From Tubiluchus corallicola (lineage: Eukaryota; Animalia; Priapulida): DNA of 64,000 nucleotides. The DNA lies in NCBI GenBank assembly GCA_030141605.1, contig JAQGDQ010000395.1:62001-126000 (forward strand), read 5' to 3'. The notes beneath the pieces are model-generated. The model saw only the letters and a program-made list of their open reading frames with translations, was not told where the DNA came from and did not search any database. Positions 44,119-64,000 of the stretch are shown in pieces. Each line of letters starts with the position of its first letter. Position 1 is the first letter of the stretch. Made by a program: the position numbers and the translations under genes.

Positions 44119-44410
44119 TCAGTTAAAACAGGTCAAAACACGTTTTTTTTTGGCAAAACAAGTTAGATCTACATGATTGTTATTAGCACAGAACGTGGTA
44201 ACGTTATTAAAAGTTGAACAGTTTGAGTAAGCATATCTGAGGTGTTTTCGGACATTTACATAGTATATGTCCTCGGTCTGAATGCTAGTTCTGTCACAGG
44301 TACATAGGCGTTCTTCTCGGGGTATTCTACTCCACCGCCCCCGTTCGATCATGAGGTAATGCCCCGAGAAGCAGTCCGTGTGTACGCTAATCTATCATTT
44401 TCCACCAAAC
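44119..44410 (-). mobile_element. LINE 3' fragment (CR1/L2 group)
   Basis: SGHYLMIERGRWSRIPREERLCTC motif with frameshifts. Confidence 0.75.
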
Positions 44411-45627
44411 TAGAGTTGATATCTCCACTCCATACATTGGATGATGTATTAAAGCTCAATTAAATCCTTTATGCAGAATATATTTTGTCGGAGTTGAATT
44501 CGATATTTTAATAAGTCTCTTAGCTGTTGTTTACCGAAATTCATGACATTTTGGGTGCCCAGGGCCTTGATATTATTGACAACCATTGGCTACGCGTTTA
44601 TCAAGAAGTTTCACGAGAGTTTCATGCAGAGGCAAAAGGCTTTCGATTTTTTGCCAAAACTTGAGTTGACGGTGTGCTGAACATAGGCTTTCAGATTAGA
44701 GAGGCCACATTCCAATATGCACAGATCATTAGTAAGTCTGAAATGTAGTAATACGAGCTTACCGAAGTATTATATGGCTACTACTTTACATCAGAAGACA
44801 TTTTTGCGCATTTAGCGTTTCTAATAAATTGCGGCATACATCTTGAATTGCTGCATACAGCTTGAACGCTGGACGAAAAGTTATTAAATCCTAATAGCCT
44901 GTCCATTAGAGGCATGTTGCGTGCTGTACAAAGAGAACACACACATATCCGTAGTTAGCATTTTGTTATTTTTATACAATACTGAAGTGCAGTACGTTGG
45001 CACAGTCATGCTTTGCTATTGTCATTATCACTACGATTAAGATCAGAGGCAGTTGAACCGAAAAGACATCTAGATATCTTATTTGTTATTTCCTTTTCTA
45101 TTAAAGGACAAAATAAGCCAAATTTTAAATGCTAGTAACTTTGACAGTGTACTATTGCACAAAAATTCTTGTTATTCTGTTACTTCAATAGATTATCCTT
45201 CATGATCGCAGGACAATAATAATTTTTTCTGCGGTTGTCTTTAAGTAAAAACTTTAAGTCAAACAAACTATCAAACAACAGCTATTATGATAATAACAGT
45301 AACAACAACAACAACATCTTATTTACATTTACAATATTTACACACAACGTACAGACTTTTATACATTTACCTGACTTGCTTTAATATATGGCTGCTTCAG
45401 AATTTCCCTTAATTTAAATTATATGTCTTAAATTTGAAGGGCATCAATATTATAGGTGAGTTGGCATTTTTATACATGTACATAAAAGACAGAAACTAGA
45501 AAAGGTTTGCACGTTTGAAAAAAATTATGAACTGCGCTTCAGTCACTCATGAAATGGAATCCTCGTGTTTCATGCGAATGTCACCAATAGTGTGGCATAG
45601 CTTTTGTTATAGCCAAAAATCATTGTA

Positions 45628-47030
45628 GTTTACAGTGCAGATTTCATGAGGTTTTTTGATGTCGTCCTTGTAGTTTAAAAGTGCAGATTTCATGAGGTTT
45701 TTTGATGTCGTCCTTGTAGTTTACAAGTGCAGATTTCATGAGGTTTTTTGATGTCGTCCTTGTAGTTTACAAGTGCAGATTTCGTGAGGTTTTTTGATGT
45801 CGTCCTTGTAGTTTACAAGTGCAGATTTCGTGAGGTTTTTTGATGTCGTCCTTGTAGTTTACAAGTGCAGATTTCATGAGGTTTTTTGATGTCGTCCTTG
45901 TAGTTTATAATGCAGATGCATGACGTTTTTTGATGACATCCTTATAGTCTATAATGCAGATTTCATGAGATTTTTTGATGACATCCTTATAGTCTATAAT
46001 GCAGATTTCATGAGGTTTTTTGATGACATCCTTATAGTCTATAATGCAGATTTCATGAGGTTTTTTGATGACATCCTTATAGTCTACAGTGCAGATTTCA
46101 CGAGGTTTTTTGATGACATCCTTATAGTCTACAGTGCAGATTTCATGAGGTTTTTTTATGACATCCTTATAGTCTATAATGCAGATTTCGTGACGTTTTT
46201 TGATGTCGTCCTTGTAGTTTACAAGTGCAGATTTCATGAGGTTTTTTGATGTCGTCCTTGTAGTTTACAAGTGCAGATTTCATGAGGTTTTTTGATGTCG
46301 TCCTTGTAGTTTATAATGCAGATGCATGACGTTTTTTGATGACATCCTTATAGTCTATAATGCAGATTTCATGACGTTTTTTGATGAGGCCCTTATAGTC
46401 TATAATGCAGATTTCATGACGTTTTTTGATGACATCCTTACAGTCTATAATGCAGATTTCATGACGTTTTTTGATGAGGCCCTTACAGTCTATAATGCAG
46501 ATTTCATGACGTTTTTTGATGACATCCTTACAGTCTATAATGCAGATTTCATGACGTTTTTTGATGACATCCTTACAGTCTATAATGCAGATTTGATGAC
46601 GTTTTTTGATGACATCCTTACAGTCTATAATGCAGATTTCATGACGTTTTTTGATGACATCCTTACAGTCTATAATGCAGATTTCATGAGGTTTTTTGAT
46701 GACATCCTTATAGTCTATAATGCAGATTTTATGACGTTTTTTGATGAGGCCCTTGTAGTCCATAGTGCAGATTTCATGACGTTTTTTGATGACGTCCTTA
46801 TAGTCCACAGTGCAGATTTCATGACGTTTTTTGATGACGTCCTTATAGTCTATAATGTAGATTTCATGAGGTTTTTTGATGACATCCTTATAGTCTACAG
46901 TGCAGATTTCATGAGGTTTTTTGATGACATCCTTATAGTCTACAGTGCAGATTTCATGAGGTTTTTTGATGACATCCTTATAGTCTACAGTGCAGATTTC
47001 ATAACGTTGTTTGAAGACGTCCTTATAGAG
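45628..47030. repeat. 45/46-bp minisatellite, about 31 copies
   Basis: Unit tgcagatttcatgaggttttttgatgacatccttatagtctataa and variants. Confidence 0.95.
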
Positions 47031-47476
47031 TCACACGTCTTTGGTACACATTACTTTTCTTTGTTCCGCTACATTCAGCATAAATAAAACTGTTTCAGCT
47101 AAATTTATTTTTACTGTTACTTTGAAGGTAGAACACTGGCACTATTTGTGTCAATAATCTGCGTACGAACGTGTACTGTTGTCACAGCATATAGTCATTA
47201 TCTTAGAAGTTTCCCTGGCTTTCTGTGGAATCGAAATTGTCGAAAAGAACAACTCTTCAGTCAATGAAAGCTTGTTTATACAAAGGCGTCGGCAACTTTT
47301 GTTTTCTGTTCAACTTTGGGGTCCTTTCAGCCGATCCGATTGTCATTCCGCAAAACAACTTGCACAGCGCCACCACTCGATGTCGGATGGAATTTTTGTA
47401 AAAGCTCTTCAAGTTCAGTCGAAGCACAAGAAAGGAAATGACATCATTTGCTGCCAGGTCACGTGCATCCGGTGGT

Positions 47477-57967
<10,491 letters not shown>

Positions 57968-58122
57968 CTGTAAAAGAGGGATTAGTGAGGCTATGCCGTC
58001 TTTAAGCAATAATAGGGCTGCCTTGCAGGAAACTCTGATCCCTGTTAATACCCAGGTATTACAAGACACAAGTAAATTTATAAGTCATCTCTCTGCGATC
58101 TTCCTGTGCTTATCATACTATA

Positions 58123-58932
58123 GGTTTTACACGTCAAATGTAGACACAGGAAAGTTCAAATGTGACTTAGGTAAGTCAAATGTAGACATAGGAATTTCGA
58201 ATGTGTTTTGGTAACTCGAATGTGACTTAGGTAAGTCAAATGTAGATGCATTACTTTGAATAAATCGGTAATTAACTCATTTAAGTGCAAATTACAAAAA
58301 GATAAACCAAAGACGGTCATCACCTCTTTCATAACTTTGAAAAATGCGTTGTTTATCCTCAAACTAGATTCTTTGATAAACCATAATGTCGGTAGAAAAG
58401 AATAAATTGGTTTCCACTTCCCAATGAACAGTGAATCACTAATTAGTATTTCAAGTAATGCATTAGCACTGCATTAATGAATTAGTTTCTCTCAAGAAAC
58501 ATTGTTTATTTTAAGAATGTATTGTTTTCTCTAATAGTTCCAATGGTGTGTAAAGTTTGCAGAATACTAATGAACTATTTGTAGACCTACAAAGTTATTA
58601 TTCTAACTTAAGAGCAATGATTGAATTGAAATTAAAGAAGATTAAATTTAACATCCTTAAACTTTACCACCTGTCCACATTTGAGATACCAATGTCACAT
58701 TTGACTTGACATGTGTCTACATTTGACTTACCAAAACGCTTAAGATTTCTTGAAAACCATTGTTAACACATTTGAACTACCTAAGTCTACATTTTACTTA
58801 CCAAGACACATTTGAATTACCATTGTTAACACATTTGAACTACCTAAGTCTACATTTTACTTACCAAGACACATTTGAATTACCTAAATCTACATATGAG
58901 TTAACGCAAGTCTGCACTTGACATGTAAAACC
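58123..58932. mobile_element. MITE family D copy
   Basis: Same termini; collinear body with a small internal duplication near 58760-58880. Confidence 0.85.
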
Positions 58933-59399
58933 TGTAGATAATTTAGCTTACTCTCAAGTATGTAATGATACGAAATCGTAAATATATATATATATATATA
59001 TATCATGCATTTGTTGCGATTATGAACATATACTGTACATTTATATATATTATATCTTTATATGTATATAATTATTTACAAGCCAGAAATCCAGTTCGCT
59101 TAAAAAAACTCTCGCGAAATGATGCTATAAGTCATAATGCGTTTTCGTTATTTTGAATTCACCATCGGACTTGTGCTTCAGACCAAGGAAAACAAGATAT
59201 GTGATTTGGCGTGACAGCTAACGGATCTGGAAAAATAGGCAGCGTTTGCTCGCTTTTTCATGGTAACTTGTTTACATGAAATTACAAAAGACAAGAAATT
59301 CCTTTGGTATTGTGTGTGCTGTGCAGATACTTAATGAGACGTAGCTGTTTTATTCTTACTAAGCAAAACAAAATACCCAGACGAAGCCTTCCCTTACAC

Positions 59400-59876
59400 C
59401 AGGGGAGTGCAAATTATCTGATTAACCGGGCCACATTAAACTTTCCCGCAATTCCTGCGGGCCACAGGCAGTTTGATCAAGGAGCCAAGTACAGAAAGGT
59501 CTAATAAGGATTTTTTGCATCCGACCTGCGTACATCATTACTACTACACTCAAGAAACTATTTTAGAAGTTATTAAAATTTATATTACAAACCATATATT
59601 TCTACTTTCAGGACAGATAGTAGTAATTTCATTACAATGCATGTAATGTGTATCACACAGTCTGTGTAGTACAGTGTTATTAAGCTACAACCGTCTTGTA
59701 AGGGTTAATGGCATCCGATCTAGTAGAAAAAACTACCGGCACTATCTTTGGGATCCTGGCACAGACTTCAGCTGGATACACTCAATTAATCGCACAGGCC
59801 GCACTTTCATTAGGTTGACAAATCTCTTCGCGGGCTGCACAAATTCTCTCGACGGGCCGCAATTTGCACACCCCTG
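59400..59876. mobile_element. hAT-type MITE, copy 2
   Basis: Highly similar to 39556-40055; perfect 8-bp TSD ccttacac. Confidence 0.9.
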
Positions 59877-59989
59877 CCTTACACTAACTACAGGAAGCAC
59901 ATGAATTTCAAGGTATATACCTACTGCAATTTAAAAAGTGGGTCGCGCATCTGAAAAAAATAACGCAGAAGAAATCCCTCGGGCACTAA

Positions 59990-61000
59990 TCCAGTGAGCC
60001 TGATGACACAAAGCTGATTAGGGAAAAGAGGGCATCATCTGAGAAATTGCTCAAAAACTGAATTCAAATTGACTGGGAGGTAAAGTCGTTGCAAAGACAT
60101 GATGATTTCATCGCTGATTTACTGAAAGCACTGCAACAGATAGCCTTAATGCCTTTTTGAACTTAGAATGATAGAAGATCATGCCAAGATTACACAAACG
60201 ACCCAGTATGGGGCAGCAGTGAAAGAGTACATGGATTTTAGAGCGGCAAGTTAATTGGACAACCATTCTAACGGAACCAAGTGAATGGGTCAACCATTCT
60301 AACGGAACCAAGTGAATGGGTCAACCGTGCTAACGGAACCAAGTGAATGGGTCAACCGTGCTAACGGAACCAAGTGAATGGGTCAACCACGCTAACGGAA
60401 CCAAGTGAATGGGTCAACCATTCTAACGGAACCAAGTGAATGGGTCAACCATGCTAACGGAACCAAGTGAATGGGTCAACCATTCTAACGGAACCAAGTG
60501 AATGGGTCAACCATTCTAACGGAACCAAGTGAATGGGTCAACCATGCTAACAGTACCAAGTGAATGGGTCAGTGCCTTGCTCATCGGAGGTCTATTATTA
60601 CATTAAAGGAAACTGCTTTCAGTGCCTCATGTCTTGGTTCCCAAGCACCGACCGTTTAAACCAGTTTTGCCACTGCTTCTAGGTTTTACCCTGGACAATC
60701 TCAGATGAAGAGCGGCTGATTTTTTTCTCGGGCCTATATCAGTGGAATTGTTTACATCAAAATTGTATCCCTCTTATCTACAACTTGGGCAAAATAAAGA
60801 ACGATATATCCTGTCACCGGTTCCAATAAATGCAGATGCAGAATTTTCCTCGGACCTACATCTGTGGAATTCTTTACCAGAAAATTGTTTCACTTTTAAC
60901 TACAACTTGGGCAAAAATCAAAAACGTTAACACGTATCTCCTGTCACCAGCAATAGACTTATTTTTGAGGACCTGCCTTCCTAGTTCCATTTTCCTGCCA
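59990..61000 (+). mobile_element. Highly degenerate LINE remnant interrupted by a minisatellite
   Basis: DDTKL-like RT motif near 60000 and LWNSLPENCF..YNL near 60860; boundaries approximate. Confidence 0.45.
60260..60571. repeat. 31-bp minisatellite, about 10 copies
   Basis: Unit caaccattctaacggaaccaagtgaatgggt. Confidence 0.95.
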
Positions 61001-64000
61001 AAGCCACAAATGCCGAATAGACATTGACTTTGCGACTGCCATTTAATTGTGTAGACAGCATTCCTCAAAAAAGATTCTGTGTAGTTTACTCAACCGTTTG
61101 GGGAAGTTAACCGTTATGGTCGATTATACCACCCATCATTATTGCAACACCTATTTTAATACATCTATCGTATGATGCATAATATTAATGATCTAATTAC
61201 CTCATTGATTTATTGCATTGTTTATTTAAACTTATATAACATTGCGTGTTTTTCTAAGACTTTGCCACTGTTTGGCTCTGGCTGCTCATTTCTCTGCCTA
61301 CCTGTAATTGGGTTACCTGGAATTCAAATACCAAATGGCTTCAACCTGGTTTAGGATCTTTTTACAAAGCTCATGTTTTACGTTAGATGTGTTCTGACTG
61401 CCAAAGTTACAGGGTGGTGGAGTTTTGCTGATTACCGGTAGTCCACAGTCTGAGGTTATTTTCCATGGCTGAACACCAAGTTTGGTGTGAATCTGTCTTT
61501 AATGGCACTCGTGTGCAGTGAAATGGTTTATGACAAGGACAAGGATTTTTCTGCTTTTGGTTGCGGTAATTTTACTGTCCTGACTTTGGAAGAGAGAAGT
61601 GCTGCGTAGCCGTATATCTGGCGTAGAAGAATGCACGAATGTTCAACGAACTGTTAACGTTTTGTCACAAAGGCTGCTGAGATAGCAAAGGCATTCCCTG
61701 GGTAGTAGCAGACCAGTTTGCCAGACTTTCATCTGGATAACGGAGCTTGTCTTCATGCGTGTTTGTCACTCTGCAAGAAGAGTGGCGTTTTTTTACTTTT
61801 AGTCTGGGGAAGTCAGTGACGATTTCAACTACTGGATTGCTGGAGCAGTTAGCAGGCGTGGTTCATACGAAGACTGGATTGGTGACCATTGACAAAGAGT
61901 TGCTGACGAGAAACGTGGCTGATTACTGAAGACGAACACCTGATGTGGTATGGTCTGTGAGTATGGTTACTAGAACCTGATGAGAGACAGAAGCGTAGCC
62001 GGCAAACGTTACTTTTGTGGTAATTAGATATTGTTGGAAATTGTTATCACCTTTGATTTTGCTATTGTTGTTTTGGTGATTAAATTTGAAGTCTAAATAT
62101 TAGTTATTAGTTCCGTTTTGGTTCTGATTAAATAATTTGCACGCGCGCACAAGTGTTTCACCAGTGACACGGATCCACGTAGCCTACACAAGTAAACAAT
62201 TATTCCGAAAATTTTGTATACAAAAGTGACGGTAATGCTCGAGAACCCTGAACACAGTAATCTGATTAACTAGCGCCCTGACATAATTATTACACGGCGT
62301 CACTTTAACAATGTATCGTTTAAACAATGAAAAGTAACATTTAAAAGTGACAACACAACCGATTCAATAAAAAAAATGCAAGCCATGAAATTAATTCCGC
62401 GTTAATAATTTTCTGATTAATTAAAGAAGTCCAAAGTCTTACTATAGTATAATTATTGGAATGCCTGTAAAAATGCGAAGGAAAAAACCATGTCTGACTT
62501 CAGACGAAGAACTTCAAATGGCGTGATTTATAGGGTAGTCAAATTAATGATAGTCAAAGATGAGGTTCTAGAGACGATAATTACTAATACGGTAATTATT
62601 TTCATACAAGAATGATGAATAATAATAGCTGAGCCGGTTAAAGATGGGCTTTGTAATAGATGATTCATTAACCGAATGTCTCAAACGACATGACTTTTGC
62701 ACATCTTGGACCTTTGTCACACCCGCGGGAAACAGAGAGAACTAACGAGCATTCTCTACACAACACTGCTAAGCCAACATACAAAAGTTAAAGCAGTGGT
62801 AGTCGAGCGAGCCAGGCATAAAAAAGTTAGTAGTGATAGTTAAGACAGCGCATTGGACACACAAAAATCACATTTTATGGCATGAGGACCAAACGTTTTA
62901 CTGGGATAGATAACCGTTCTTAAATTTCTTTTCATTTACGTTCGGACTTTTAATCCCGCTAAATTAACTTTCAAATGATTGTCGCAGGTGTGGATTATTC
63001 TGAGCCTATGTATTTACAATGCCTGTCAAACAGACAGCAGAAATAAAACTGATTATTGTACATTATGTGCAAATGGAGATTTGAAGAAATGGACGCTAAA
63101 TTATAACTGCAACATCTGAATGGTTCCTTATGTAATAAGTAAGAGCCTATTTGCAATAATGTCTAATAATACGTTAGCTATCACTGCATTACAATTGTGC
63201 TAAAATGGTTTTCCATAACCTTCATGGCCGACGCTATCTATTTGTTTGTATTTTACATTTTGCACTTTTGTTTATTTATATTTTGTATTGTTTTAGTACA
63301 CGGAAGCTGAACGTAGAGGAGCCCATGGCTCACTCTAGCCATCAAGTTTAAATAAAGATCTTACGTTATCTTATGAGATTTGTCAATCCGCAAAAAATAG
63401 CAGATCTATTACTGGATTTATAAAATGCTAAAAAATCAATGAGTATCAGTGAGTAATCAAAACTTCTATCAGTATCCATCCTCACAGTAGTTGCAAAACA
63501 GTGGTGTTATCTTAATCAAGTTATCTTAATTTTACATACTGTTAATAAATAATAGCCATTCTATCTTTTATATCATCTCATATATGAGCTTCATTCATGG
63601 CACCATTCCATTCTGTAGCACTAATGTTTTCTTTATCATACGATTCACTTCAAATTTTCAGATTATTTCCATTACTTTTTTTCTTTCACTGTGTGGGACA
63701 ATCTAACAAGCCCTGCTGTTTGATTGCCCGCAACACAATTACCTTCGTTTATAGGTGAACAGTGTGTGAGGCTTTTCCTGTGCAGAAACAATGAAAGCTT
63801 ATTTGTATTATGTTCATTGTAGGCCCTTACACTATATATTGTACATGAAACTACTGTAAATGTGTAATGTGAAATAAATGACCTACGACTTGACTTATCT
63901 TGTCACGTGATAAGTAGGTGGCAAGTAAGAAGGCCAAATCCTTTGAGTAAAAGGTAACACAATTCGTAAGAAGCAGGCAATTATGATTGTTGCCACATCA

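Noticed and set aside
59998-60030. Hammerhead ribozyme core (CTGATGA) here and near 7979, 12458, 34052 and 61978
   Set aside because: I could not find a closing stem II with GAAA and the required helices by eye; an Infernal/RNAMotif scan would be needed to exclude them formally.
63743-63777. Possible upstream exon of the Dpr-like gene (cag|...aag|gtaatt on the minus strand)
   Set aside because: The frame needed to join the phase-0 Ig1 exon contains a stop, and no Ig A/B-strand cysteine motif is encoded.

Overview
AT-rich, repeat-dense genomic DNA from an animal, probably a protostome invertebrate; the species cannot be identified from the sequence. Three spliced protein-coding genes can be assembled by hand from GT-AG sites and exon phases. 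(1) A complete 9-exon Rh-family (Rh50/RhAG/RhCG-like) ammonia channel gene on the minus strand, 40274->22172, 463 aa. (2) The 3' part of a Dpr/ZIG-8-like two-Ig-domain, probably GPI-anchored adhesion protein on the minus strand, 57967->47477; its 5' exons were not found in the window. (3) A 5'-incomplete plus-strand gene (1871-12384) for an unrecognised single-pass membrane protein whose disordered tail carries LIR-, RVxF-, SxLP- and WH2-like motifs. The remainder is non-autonomous DNA transposons (TTAA/Kolobok-like, hAT, Tc1/pogo-like, PIF/Harbinger-like and others), LINE remnants, a tRNA-derived SINE, a 5S-rRNA-derived SINE with a perfect target-site duplication just upstream of the Rh gene, and many mini- and microsatellites. 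Most long entries in the ORF track are repeat artefacts. There is no CRISPR array and no prokaryotic system. The most interesting leads are the motif-rich membrane protein, the 5S-derived SINE, minisatellites arising inside MITEs, and CRE palindromes carried by MITEs. All coordinates and counts were read by eye; no searches were run.
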